DNA of 64,000 nucleotides from NCBI GenBank assembly GCA_963771355.1, contig CAVYTA010000006.1:1280001-1344000 (forward strand), given 5' to 3'. This DNA comes from an uncultured Candidatus Rokubacteria bacterium (lineage in GTDB: Bacteria > Methylomirabilota > Methylomirabilia > Rokubacteriales > CSP1-6). Positions 47,396 to 58,180 of this stretch are shown here, one piece after another. Under the pieces are notes generated by a model. It did not search any database. It saw nothing but the letters and a program-made list of their open reading frames with translations, and was not told the DNA's origin. A program made the position numbers and the translations under genes. Position 1 is the first letter of the stretch. Each line of letters starts with the position of its first letter.

Positions 47396-47767
47396 TCAGC
47401 GCGTCGCCGCGCCGGCCTCGCCGCCGATCTCCAAGCGGCCGGGAAGTATGCGCGGGGTGGCCAGCGTGACCGCGACCGGCAGGCGGCGCAGCCGGGGCGT
47501 GGGGTCGAGGTGGTGCCACACCCCGTCGACCACGAGGGAAGGGAGCCGCAACCCTCCCACGCGCACCCCCTCCACCGCGAGGGCGAAGGGCACGCCGTCG
47601 CGGCCGGGCAGAAGGCGCACCCGCGCGGTCACCGCGAGCCATTCGAGCGCCACGCCGGCGCGCGCGATCCCGTCCTCCAGCACGAGCGTGGCGCGCCGAA
47701 GCCGCACCCCGGCGAGGATGAGCAGGAGGAGGGCGAGCAGGCCGGCGTCCCGTCGCGCGGTGGACAC
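47396..47767 (-). CDS. Hypothetical protein with N-terminal hydrophobic anchor, possibly truncated
   Basis: 123 aa filling the operon gap between HIT and nth; GLLALLLLILAG then a beta-rich segment. Confidence 0.5.
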   Translation of the reverse strand: MSTARRDAGLLALLLLILAGVRLRRATLVLEDGIARAGVALEWLAVTARVRLLPGRDGVPFALAVEGVRVGGLRLPSLVVDGVWHHLDPTPRLRRLPVAVTLATPRILPGRLEIGGEAGAATR

Positions 47768-47788
47768 GGGTCTCGGCGGTGCCCGCGG

Positions 47789-48217
47789 CTAGCGGGGCGC
47801 GCCCAGGGCCCGGCGGATCGCCTCGATACGCGCGGCGACCTCGTCGGCGGGGAGCGTCGACGGCTCGTGCTGCACCCGCCACACCGGCCATTGCGGCTCC
47901 GGGTCTCCGGCCAGGCGCGGCACCAGGTGCCAGTGGATATGGGCCACCTGGTTGCCGAGGAGCTCGTAGTTCATCTTCACCGGCTGATACACCTGGGCCA
48001 GGGCCCGCGCCATCCAGCTCACGTCCTCGACCACGCGGGCGCGCTCGGCTCGGGACAGCTCGTAGAGCTCCCGCGCGTGCCAGCGCAGCACCACGAACAC
48101 CCAGCCCGGGAAGAACTGGTCGGGATTGAAATAGGCGCGGCAGGCGTCGAGGTCGGCGATGAAGTGCTCGCCCTCTCCCGCCACCCGCTCACACAGCACG
48201 CAGGCGGGCTCGCTCAT
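47789..48217 (-). CDS. HIT-family hydrolase
   Basis: CVLC, NYELLGNQVAHIHWHLVPR. Confidence 0.93.
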   Translation of the reverse strand: MSEPACVLCERVAGEGEHFIADLDACRAYFNPDQFFPGWVFVVLRWHARELYELSRAERARVVEDVSWMARALAQVYQPVKMNYELLGNQVAHIHWHLVPRLAGDPEPQWPVWRVQHEPSTLPADEVAARIEAIRRALGAPR

Positions 48218-49359
48218 CACGGCCGCTCCGAGAGGAAGCGGCCGAGGCGGACCAGGGCCTCCTCGATCCGCGCGAGGGAGTTCGCGTAGGCGAAGCGCAG
48301 ATAGCCCTCCGCGTTCCGCCCGAAGTCCACCCCCGGCGTCACCGCCACGTGGGTGCGCTCGAGGATGTCGAACGCGAAGGCGAGCGAGTCCCCGGTGTAG
48401 CGGCGGGCGTTGGCCAGCACGTAGAAGGCTCCCGTGGGCGGGGCGGCCACGCCGAGGCCGATGCGGCGCAGCCCCGCCACCATGGCCCGGCGGCGCTCGT
48501 CGAAGACCCGGCGGAAGCCGGCCGCCTCCGCGCCCGCCTCGCGGAGGGCGGTCAGCGCCGCCCACTGGACGAACTCGTTGCTGGAGATGAAGAAGTTCCC
48601 GTGCAGCGCGGTGAGAGTCGCCATGAACTCGGGCGGGGCGATCACGTACCCGCACCGCCAGCCCGTCATCGCGTACGCCTTGGAGAAGCCGTTGAGCACG
48701 AAGGCCCGATCGGTGAACTCCAGGATCGTGTGCTCCGGCCCTTCGTAGGTGAGCCCGTGGTAGATCTCATCGGAGACGATCCAGGGACCGAGGCGCGCCA
48801 GCGCCGCCATGCGCTCCGGCGCCAGCACCGTCCCGGTGGGATTGGCGGGCGAGTTGATGAGAATGGCCCGGGTCCGCGGGGTGAGCGCCGCCGCCACCGC
48901 CTCCGGCCGGAGCTGGAACCCGTCGGTCTCGTGGACGTCGACGAAAACGGGCTCCGCCTCCGCGTACTTCACGAACTTCGGATAGCAGGCGTAATGCGGG
49001 TCGGAGAGGATGACCTCGTCGCCGCGCTCGAGCAGGGCGCCGAAGAGCAGCAGCATGGCGGGCGACGTTCCCGCGGTGACCAGGATGCGGTCCGGCGACA
49101 CGTCCACGTCATACCGCGTCCGGTAGTGCTCGGCGATGGCCTCGCGCAGCGGAAGGATGCCCAGGGTGTGAGCGTAGCGGGTGCGGCCGTCCTTCAGCGC
49201 CTTCTCGGCCGCCTCCCGGATCACCGACGGCGTCTCGAAGTCGGGCTCGCCGAACTCGAGGTGGATGACATCGACGCCGGCCCGCTCCAGCGCCTGCGCG
49301 CGCTGGAACACCTCCACCGCGAGAAACGGCTCGATCTCCCGGGCCCGGCGCGCGATCAC
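48217..49359 (-). CDS. Class I/II PLP-dependent aminotransferase
   Basis: GEPDF, NSPANPTG, SDEIY, NGFSKAYAMTGWR. Confidence 0.95.
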   Translation of the reverse strand: MIARRAREIEPFLAVEVFQRAQALERAGVDVIHLEFGEPDFETPSVIREAAEKALKDGRTRYAHTLGILPLREAIAEHYRTRYDVDVSPDRILVTAGTSPAMLLLFGALLERGDEVILSDPHYACYPKFVKYAEAEPVFVDVHETDGFQLRPEAVAAALTPRTRAILINSPANPTGTVLAPERMAALARLGPWIVSDEIYHGLTYEGPEHTILEFTDRAFVLNGFSKAYAMTGWRCGYVIAPPEFMATLTALHGNFFISSNEFVQWAALTALREAGAEAAGFRRVFDERRRAMVAGLRRIGLGVAAPPTGAFYVLANARRYTGDSLAFAFDILERTHVAVTPGVDFGRNAEGYLRFAYANSLARIEEALVRLGRFLSERP

Positions 49360-50102
49360 CGCGTCCCCTTCCCCGCCCCGCCACCGAGCCGCAGTCGCGC
49401 CGCGACGATCTGGACGAGCATGCGCGGTCCGTCCCGGAAGACGCCGACCTTGGAGCCGGGCTGGTCGGTCCAGTTGACGGGGACCTCCGCGATCCGGTAG
49501 CCCCGCCGCTCCGCGCGCAGCACCAGCTCCACGTCGAACCCGAAGCCGTCGGTACGGAGGACGCCGAAGAGGTCGTCCGCCACCCCACCCCGGAAGAGCT
49601 TGAAGCCGCACTGGGTGTCCATCACCTGGCGCACCCCGAGGGCGCGCGTGGCGGCGATGAACACTCGCCCGAACCACCGGCGGTGCACGCGGGCCCGCAC
49701 CATCACGGACGGGTCGGCAAGCACCCGCGAGGCCACCGCGAGGTCCGCGCCGTCCTGAACGGCCACCTCCAGGCGCTTCACCTCCGCGATGGGTGTGGCC
49801 CCGTCCGCGTCGGCCATCAGGCGGAGAGCCCCGCGGGCGCGGAGCATCCCGGCCCGCACCGCCGCGCCCTTGCCCCGATTGGTCCCGAGGCGCAGGACGC
49901 CCACCGCGGTGTGCGCCGCCCACTCCTCCCGCACCCGGTCCGCGGTATCGTCGGTGCTCCCGTCGTCCACCACCAGCACCTCGTAGGGCTCGTCGCGCCC
50001 GTCGAAGTAGCCCGTCACCTCTCGGAGATAGCGCGGGAGGCGGCGCGCCTCATTGTAGGCGGGAATGACCACGGACCAGCGGAGGGCGGGGGGCGTCGCC
50101 AC
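49356..50102 (-). CDS. GT2 polyprenol-phosphate glycosyltransferase (ALG5/DPM-like)
   Basis: VVIPAYNE, VDDGSTD, MADADGAT, DTQCGFKLF, FGFDVE. Confidence 0.93.
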   Translation of the reverse strand: MATPPALRWSVVIPAYNEARRLPRYLREVTGYFDGRDEPYEVLVVDDGSTDDTADRVREEWAAHTAVGVLRLGTNRGKGAAVRAGMLRARGALRLMADADGATPIAEVKRLEVAVQDGADLAVASRVLADPSVMVRARVHRRWFGRVFIAATRALGVRQVMDTQCGFKLFRGGVADDLFGVLRTDGFGFDVELVLRAERRGYRIAEVPVNWTDQPGSKVGVFRDGPRMLVQIVAARLRLGGGAGKGTR

Positions 50103-50113
50103 GCGCGGCCGGC

Positions 50114-51553
<1,440 letters not shown>

Positions 51554-51635
51554 TGGGACCCTCTCGAGGCCGCGGTTGGATCACCCGTTCTACCGCCTCT
51601 GCCGGGGTGGAATGGCTCCCGGACCCGCCCTGCCG

Positions 51636-51664
51636 TTGACCGGACGTGGGGGCCATGGTATCCC
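51636..51664 (+). promoter_or_regulatory. Sigma70 promoter of yceI, probably leaderless
   Basis: TTGACC-17 nt-TATCCC with TG extension; in-frame GTG 6 nt downstream. Confidence 0.5.
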
Positions 51665-51670
51665 AACCGC

Positions 51671-52252
51671 GTGCTTTTGCGAATGGTTCTGGCGGGGCTC
51701 GTCCTCGCCCTCATCACTCCTTCCGCCGAGGCGCAGTCCCGCCGCTGGGTGCCGGTCCCCGGCAAGAGCGTGGTCGCCTTCGAGGCCACGCACCGGCTGG
51801 GGGACTTCCGCGGCAGCTCCGATACCGTCACCGGCGAGTTCGAGGCCGATCCTGCCGAGATCCGGGCGGGTTTCACGGGGACCCTGCGCGTGCCCGTCGC
51901 GGCGCTGAGGACTGGCGACGCCGGGCGCGACCGAGACATGCGGAAGCTGCTCCGCGCGGACACCCACAAGGTGATCCGCTACACCATCGGGGGCAGCGAC
52001 GCCTCGTTCCATGCCCTCACCGCCACTGCGGACGTGCTCCTGACCATCAAGGGCGCGCTGGAAGTCCGCGGGGTGGAGCGGCCGCTCGTCTTCCTCGCCC
52101 GGGCCCGCCTGGTCGGCGACCGTATCTGGGTGCGGGGCGAGTCGCGCCTGCGACTCACCGACTTCGGCATCGAGCCGCCGCGCCGCCTGCTGTTCCGGGT
52201 GGGCAACGAGGTGGCGGTCAGCTTCGATGTGACGCTCCAGCCTGGAAACTGA
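51671..52252 (+). CDS. YceI-family lipid/polyisoprenoid-binding protein with signal peptide
   Basis: Signal peptide ...SAEAQ; S.V.F, LRTG..RDRDM, G.LEVRGVER, DFGIEPP. Confidence 0.88.
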   Translation: MLLRMVLAGLVLALITPSAEAQSRRWVPVPGKSVVAFEATHRLGDFRGSSDTVTGEFEADPAEIRAGFTGTLRVPVAALRTGDAGRDRDMRKLLRADTHKVIRYTIGGSDASFHALTATADVLLTIKGALEVRGVERPLVFLARARLVGDRIWVRGESRLRLTDFGIEPPRRLLFRVGNEVAVSFDVTLQPGN

Positions 52253-53455
52253 TCAGAGTGCGCGGCGCAGGAGATCCAGGGCCAGGGTGGCCGCGCGAAT
52301 GCGGAGCGAGGCGCGGTCACCCCCGAATCGATGCTCCCGCGTCTCGGTCTTCCCGGCGCCCGCCACCGCCAGGCAGATGAGGGTGACGGGCGGGGACGAG
52401 TCCGGGACGTCCTCGAAGTAGGTCGCCAGTCCCCACTCCACGCCGCTCCAGCCGCGCACCACCTCGGCCAGGCGACCGGCGCGGCTCGCCGCGTCCGGGA
52501 GGACGGCGAGATCGGTGCCGAGCCGGGTCGCGTCCGTCGCAGCTCCCAGGATCACGCCGGTCGCGAAGCCCGCACCGACCCCGGTGGCGAGCCGCTCGGT
52601 CACCGAGCCCCCGCTGCCCAGCTCGGCCGCCGCCACCCGCGTCCGCGCACCGGCCAGGCGCTCGGCAATCTGGCTCTCGAGGGTGTCGGCGTCCGCCCCG
52701 AACACCACCTCGCCCAGCCGCTGCCGGATCTCTGCCTCGACGGGCGCGATGAGCCGGGCCGCCTCGTCGCCATCGGCGCCCTTGGCGGCAATGCGCACGT
52801 CCACCTGCCCCAGATGGGCGAGGGTGCCCACGGTGGGGTTGCCTCCCTTCTCCATGAAGTCCGCGATCGCCTCGCCGATGCGACTCTCACCCAGCCCCAC
52901 CGTCTTGAGCACCCGCAACCGGATCTCGCCCTCGATCTTGTACCGGTCCCGCAAGTAGGGCATGACCCGCGTTCGGAGAAGATGCTGCATCTCGCGCGGG
53001 ACCCCCGGCAGCGTGATCACGCAGCCCGGTCCGGCCTCCACGATGAAGGCGGGCGCGGTGCCTACCGGGTTCTCGATGGGGATGGCCCCGGCGGGGATAT
53101 AGGCCTGACGCTGATTGGAGGGCGACAGCTTGAATCCGCGAGCCGCAAAGAAGGCCTCGATCTGGGTCATCAGGTGCGCCGAGAACACCAGCTCCCGGTC
53201 GGTGGCGGCGGCCACCGCCTCCCGAGTGACGTCGTCCAGCGTCGGACCGATGCCGCCCGCGGTTATGACGATCTCCGCTCGGCCCAGGGCCTGGCGAATC
53301 GCGCCCTCGAGGCGGCCGAGATTATCCCCTACCGTGGTCTTGTAGTAGAGATCGACGCCGGCGCCGGCGAGCTCGCGCGCGATGTAAGCGGAGTTCGTGT
53401 CGACGATCTGCCCCAGCAAGAGCTCCGAGCCGACCACCAGGATCTCCGCTCGCAC
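52253..53455 (-). CDS. cinA: CinA-like protein (MoCF domain plus degenerate PncC domain)
   Basis: GSELLLGQIVDTN, VGDN, GGIGPTLDDVT, LPGVPREM; RBS GGAGG; TGcTATGAT extended -10 at 53482-53474. Confidence 0.92.
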   Translation of the reverse strand: MRAEILVVGSELLLGQIVDTNSAYIARELAGAGVDLYYKTTVGDNLGRLEGAIRQALGRAEIVITAGGIGPTLDDVTREAVAAATDRELVFSAHLMTQIEAFFAARGFKLSPSNQRQAYIPAGAIPIENPVGTAPAFIVEAGPGCVITLPGVPREMQHLLRTRVMPYLRDRYKIEGEIRLRVLKTVGLGESRIGEAIADFMEKGGNPTVGTLAHLGQVDVRIAAKGADGDEAARLIAPVEAEIRQRLGEVVFGADADTLESQIAERLAGARTRVAAAELGSGGSVTERLATGVGAGFATGVILGAATDATRLGTDLAVLPDAASRAGRLAEVVRGWSGVEWGLATYFEDVPDSSPPVTLICLAVAGAGKTETREHRFGGDRASLRIRAATLALDLLRRAL

Positions 53456-53728
53456 GGACCACCTCCGGGCGGCATCATAGCAGACCTTCGAAAGAGGGCC
53501 CGCCTCACCGAATAGGCTCCACTTCTCGCGCGTCTTTCCCATAGCGCCGCCGCCTGGGAACACCGCCTCACGCGTGGGGGTTCTAGGTCACACGGCGATG
53601 AAACGAAGAGCGGGTTCACGCCCTCTAAACATTAGGTGAACGTGCACATTCAACTGGCAGCGCTGAGATCACGCCCCCGGAACGGGTCAGCAAGGCCGAA
53701 GCGGGCCAACAAGGCCGGAAGGATCGCG

Positions 53729-55321
53729 ATGACCTTTAGGGAAAGCGAAGGCCAAATCTCCCCTGATACTGTAGCTGTTTGGGCGGGAGCACCTACGACG
53801 CGGCGTAAGGATCGCGCGAGCGGGCCCTCCATCGGCCCCCGATTGGTGGCTCGCCGCAAGCCCTCGCTCCTGGCTCCGGTCGCGCTCGGCGAGGGGCTTC
53901 CCGGCGCCCTGCCCGATGCGGGAGACGACGAGGTCGAGAGCCCGGTGGCGGTAGTGCACGCCGCGGAGGAGCCCGGCCTCAGCGAGGAGGCGCTCCGTCC
54001 CTCGCCGGCCGAGGGCGAGGACCCGGTACGGATTTACCTGAAGGAGATCGGCAAGGTCCCCCTGCTGACCGCGCGGCAGGAGGTCGAGCTCGGCCAGCGG
54101 ATCGAGGCGGGCCAGATCAAGCTGCGTGGCGCCCTGGCTGACATCCCCCTGGCGATCGGCCGGCTGCTCACGCTGGTGGACGGGGTGCGGCGCGGCGAGG
54201 TCCCCCTCGACGACGTCATCATCCTGCCCGAGGGCGGCGAGCCCGCCCCCGAGCAGGTCAAGCCGATGATGGCTGCCTTCGCCCGGATCCGGCGCCTCGA
54301 GCGCGAGTCCGAGCGTATCCGGGTCTCGCTCGCGACCAAGCGTCGGGCGGCCGCCTCCACGCGGGCGAGCTACCGCGACTGGATCGCCCAGAACCGGGCC
54401 TCGGTCCGCGGCATCGTCGAGCGACTTCCCCTCAAGCCGGCGCTGGTGGACGGGTTCGTCGCCGAGGTACGCCGCGTCGCCGGCTCGATGCGGGTCGCGC
54501 GCGACGGCGCGGAGCTGCGCGGGCTCGAAGCGCAGGCGGGCCTGGCGCGGAAGCCGCTGCTGACCGCCCTCGCCGAGCTCGAGCAGCACGATCGCGTGGT
54601 TCGCCAGGCCAAGAAGGAGCTGATGGAGGCCAACCTCCGGCTGGTGGTCTCGGTGGCCAAGCGCTATCTCGGGAGCGAGCTGTCCCTCCTCGACCTCGTC
54701 CAGGAAGGCAACCTCGGGCTCATGAAGGCGGTGGATCGCTTCCAGTACCGGCGCGGGTTCAAGTTCTCGACCTATGCCACGTGGTGGATCCGGCAGGCCA
54801 TCACCCGTGCCATCGCCGACCACTCGCGCACCATCCGCATCCCCGTGCACATGGTGGAGACGCTCAACCGCATCTCGCGCGTGAACCGGACCATGCTCAA
54901 CGAGATGGGCCGCGAGCCCACGCCCGAGGAGCTGGCCCGGCGCACCGGCGTGCCGGCGCGGAAGGTCCGGCTCATTCTGGAGTCGTCGCGGAAGCCGCTG
55001 TCGCTGGAAACACCCATCGGAGAGGACTCCGACCTGGGCGATTTCCTGGAGGACAAGTCGGCCGAGTCCCCCAACGACACCCTGATCAGCCAGGACCTCA
55101 CGCATCAGGTCGAGCGCGCGCTGGGCACGCTCTCGCCCAAGGAGAAGGAGATCCTCCGCCTCCGCTTCGGCATCGGCGAGGAAGGCGAGCACACCCTCGA
55201 GGAAGTGGGCAAGCGCTTCGCAGTCACGCGCGAGCGAATCCGACAGATCGAGACCAAGGCCCTGCGCAAGCTGCGTCATCCGCTGCGCGGCCGCGCCCTC
55301 AAAGCCTTCGTCGAGAACTAG
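53729..55321 (+). CDS. RpoD-like (group 1/2) sigma-70 factor, stand-alone
   Basis: [11 protein letters not shown] (region 1.2), [45 protein letters not shown]; start codon uncertain. Confidence 0.95.
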   Translation: MTFRESEGQISPDTVAVWAGAPTTRRKDRASGPSIGPRLVARRKPSLLAPVALGEGLPGALPDAGDDEVESPVAVVHAAEEPGLSEEALRPSPAEGEDPVRIYLKEIGKVPLLTARQEVELGQRIEAGQIKLRGALADIPLAIGRLLTLVDGVRRGEVPLDDVIILPEGGEPAPEQVKPMMAAFARIRRLERESERIRVSLATKRRAAASTRASYRDWIAQNRASVRGIVERLPLKPALVDGFVAEVRRVAGSMRVARDGAELRGLEAQAGLARKPLLTALAELEQHDRVVRQAKKELMEANLRLVVSVAKRYLGSELSLLDLVQEGNLGLMKAVDRFQYRRGFKFSTYATWWIRQAITRAIADHSRTIRIPVHMVETLNRISRVNRTMLNEMGREPTPEELARRTGVPARKVRLILESSRKPLSLETPIGEDSDLGDFLEDKSAESPNDTLISQDLTHQVERALGTLSPKEKEILRLRFGIGEEGEHTLEEVGKRFAVTRERIRQIETKALRKLRHPLRGRALKAFVEN

Positions 55322-55775
55322 ACCGCCCGTCCGCCGCCTTCTCCCCCCCGGGGGAGAGGGTGCGGGCCGACGCCCGCGTCATCGCGCTCTCGAGGATCCG
55401 CATCGCCATGGCGATCGGGCCCAGGATCCCCGCCACCAGCACCCCGAAGATCAGCTCGTTCAGCAGGGGATCCGCGCGACCGGTCAGCCACAGCACGCCC
55501 CAGAGCGCCAACACGCAGCCGAGCGCGACCAGGAGCAGACGGCGGCCCCGACGGAGCCGCCGCTCGGCGGCGTCGAAGATCGAGCCGCGTCCGGCCGAGA
55601 CATCGGCGCGGGCCGCCTCCGCCGCGATCCGGGCCGCGCCGCGGGCGACGAGGCCGGACGCCGTCAGGGCCAGCACGATGACGATGACGCCCCAGACCAG
55701 GAGCCACGGCACCAGCGCGGCCAGCCGCGGCATCGCGGCGGCCAGGTGGGGCGTGAGCTCCGCCACCGTCGGCAT
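55299..55775 (-). CDS. Hypothetical membrane protein (about 3 TM helices)
   Basis: Three hydrophobic segments; last gene of the carboxylase run; overlaps the sigma factor 3' end convergently. Confidence 0.65.
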   Translation of the reverse strand: MPTVAELTPHLAAAMPRLAALVPWLLVWGVIVIVLALTASGLVARGAARIAAEAARADVSAGRGSIFDAAERRLRRGRRLLLVALGCVLALWGVLWLTGRADPLLNELIFGVLVAGILGPIAMAMRILESAMTRASARTLSPGGEKAADGRSSSRRRL

Positions 55776-55794
55776 GGCTACCGGTGGCGGGCTG

Positions 55795-57354
55795 CTACAC
55801 GGGCATGACGCCGTGCTTCTTCCACGGCCGCTCCACCTTCTTGGTCCGCGCCATCGCGAGGGCCCGGATGAGCACGGGGCGCGTCTCCCGCGGATCGATC
55901 ACGTCGTCGATGAAGGCCCCGCCCGCGGCGATATAGGGATTGATGAGCCGGCGGAACTCCTCCACCCGCCGCGCCCGCTCCTCGTCCGGATTCGCCGCCC
56001 CCGCGATCTCCTTCCGGAAGATGATATTGGTGCCGCCCTCGGGGCCCATCACCGAGATCTCCGCGGTCGGCCAGGCCACGATGAGGTCGGCCTCGTAGGC
56101 CTTGCCGCACATGACGAAGTACCCGGCGCCGTACGCCTTGCGCAGCACCACCGTGAGCTTGGGCACGGTGGCCTCGCTCACGGCATACAGCATCTTGGCC
56201 CCGTGGCGAATGATGCCCTGCCGCTCCACCTTGGAGCCGACGAGGAAGCCCGGCACGTCCTGGAGGAACAGCAGCGGGATGTGGAACGCGTCGCACAGCA
56301 TGATGAACCGGGCCGCCTTGTCGGCCGCGTCCACGTCGAGCGCGCCGCCCAGCACCATGGGCTGGTTGGCCACCACGCCCACCGGTCGGCCTCCCAGCCG
56401 GGCCAGCGCGGTGACGAGGTTCCGCGCCCACCCCGGCTTGATCTCGAAGAAGTGCCCGTGGTCCACCACCGCGGCGATGACCTTCTTCACGTCATACGCG
56501 CGGCGCGCGCTGTCCGGCACCACCGTGAGGAGAGCCTCGTCCATCCGGTCCGCGGGATCGTCGCAGGGGAGCACCGGCGGCGCCTCCAGATTCGACGAGG
56601 GGAAAAAGGAGAGATACTCCTTCACCGCGGCGAGGCAGGCGGCGTCGTCCGCCACCTCGAGGTCGGCCACCCCGGAGATCTCGGTGTGGACCTTGGATCC
56701 TCCCAGCTCCTCGGGCGTGACATCCTCCCCCACCACCGCCTTCACCAGCGGCGGCCCGCCGAGCGCCATGTGGCTGGTCCCCTTCACCATGGGGACGAAG
56801 TCGGACAGCGCGGGGATATAGGCCGTGCCCGCTGCGCCCGGCCCCATCATGGCGGCCACCATGGGGACCACGCCGGACATGATGGATTCCTCCCGAAAGA
56901 GGTAACCGGACTGGGCGAAGCTGGAACCGATCGCCTCCTGGATGCGCGCGCCCGCGGAGTCGATGAGCCAGATCATCGGCATGCGCTTGGTGAGCGCGAT
57001 CTCCCGCGCGCGATTGCACTTCACTTCCGCGGTGCGCCCCATGGAGCCCGCCATCACCGTGAAGTCGTAGGCGATGAGGGAAGCGGGCCGCCCGCCGATC
57101 TGGCCGAAGCCGGTGACCACGCCGTCGGCCGGCGTCTCCTTGCCTCGCATCGCGGGTGAGATATTGGCGTGGGTGGCGAGGAGACCGATCTCCTGGAAGG
57201 AGCCCGCGTCGAAGAGGCGGTCGACTCGCTCGCGCACGGTGAGCTTGCCCTCGCCGTGCTGCTTCGCAATGGCCTCGGGCCCGCCCATGGCCAGCGCCCG
57301 CTGGCGGCGCGCGCGAAGCTCCTCCACCAGCTCCTTCATGCCCATGGCGGACAT
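55795..57354 (-). CDS. Acyl-CoA carboxylase carboxyltransferase (PccB/MccB-like)
   Basis: GKLTVRER, PADGVVTG, DSAGARIQE, DVPGF, RKAYGAG, DVIDPRETR, KKHG. Confidence 0.95.
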   Translation of the reverse strand: MSAMGMKELVEELRARRQRALAMGGPEAIAKQHGEGKLTVRERVDRLFDAGSFQEIGLLATHANISPAMRGKETPADGVVTGFGQIGGRPASLIAYDFTVMAGSMGRTAEVKCNRAREIALTKRMPMIWLIDSAGARIQEAIGSSFAQSGYLFREESIMSGVVPMVAAMMGPGAAGTAYIPALSDFVPMVKGTSHMALGGPPLVKAVVGEDVTPEELGGSKVHTEISGVADLEVADDAACLAAVKEYLSFFPSSNLEAPPVLPCDDPADRMDEALLTVVPDSARRAYDVKKVIAAVVDHGHFFEIKPGWARNLVTALARLGGRPVGVVANQPMVLGGALDVDAADKAARFIMLCDAFHIPLLFLQDVPGFLVGSKVERQGIIRHGAKMLYAVSEATVPKLTVVLRKAYGAGYFVMCGKAYEADLIVAWPTAEISVMGPEGGTNIIFRKEIAGAANPDEERARRVEEFRRLINPYIAAGGAFIDDVIDPRETRPVLIRALAMARTKKVERPWKKHGVMPV

Positions 57355-57425
57355 CCTTCCGGCGGTAATTCAGTTGCGCGCATTTTTTCCACCTTCGCTC
57401 GCCTCGCCTTCGGCTGCGGCTCGCC

Positions 57426-57932
57426 CTACCCTTTCACGACCGACGTGCGGTAGGAATTGATCCCGGTATCCGGCGGGGAGCCGCTGATGAGGGTGAGCAT
57501 GGTGGCGGCCTCGCTGCGGTGGTGGGTGGCGTGGTTCACCACGTGCTGTAGGAGCGCGCCCAGGGCCACGCGGAACTGGACTCCCTCGGTGTTCCGGTAC
57601 TCGATGGGCCGCGTGAGGTCGGCCTCCCCCAGCGCCTCCACGAAGGCGCGCTGCTCCGCCTCCAGCGCGTCCCAGCGCGCGCGGAGATCCCCCATGCTCG
57701 GGAAGTCGGCGTCACCGGACAGGCGCTTGGGCGACTCGCCCTTCCAGCGCGCGAGCCAGATCGAGTCGGCGCCGTACATGTGGGAGAACATTCCCTTGAG
57801 GGTGGGAAAGCTCCAGTGCTTGCCCAGGTCGCGCGTCACCGGCTCCGCGCCCAGGCCCGCCGCAATATCGAAGAGCCGGTGATTGGCCCAGCGGTGATAG
57901 TCGTAGTGCTCGCGGATCAGCGCCGTGCTCAT
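57426..57932 (-). CDS. DinB-family protein
   Basis: YHRWAN, SHMYGAD.IW, QHVVNHATHHRSE. Confidence 0.92.
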   Translation of the reverse strand: MSTALIREHYDYHRWANHRLFDIAAGLGAEPVTRDLGKHWSFPTLKGMFSHMYGADSIWLARWKGESPKRLSGDADFPSMGDLRARWDALEAEQRAFVEALGEADLTRPIEYRNTEGVQFRVALGALLQHVVNHATHHRSEAATMLTLISGSPPDTGINSYRTSVVKG

Positions 57933-57964
57933 GTCGGTCTCCCTCGCTTCCGGTCTTTATTCGC

Positions 57965-58180
57965 CTACTCGAGAACGGCGACGATGTCGCCGTCCTGGAC
58001 CGTCTGGCCCTCCGCCACGCGGATCTCGCGGACCACCCCCGCGCGCGGAGCCTCCACGGGAATCTCCATCTTCATGGACTCGAGCACGATGACGGGGTCG
58101 CCCGCCGCCACCTTGTCCCCCGCCTTGCTGGTGATCTGGAAAACCACGCCCGTGATGTGGGCCTTGACGTCCTCAGGCAT
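57965..58180 (-). CDS. Stand-alone biotin carboxyl carrier protein
   Basis: [10 protein letters not shown] biotinylation motif; 71 aa. Confidence 0.95.
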   Translation of the reverse strand: MPEDVKAHITGVVFQITSKAGDKVAAGDPVIVLESMKMEIPVEAPRAGVVREIRVAEGQTVQDGDIVAVLE

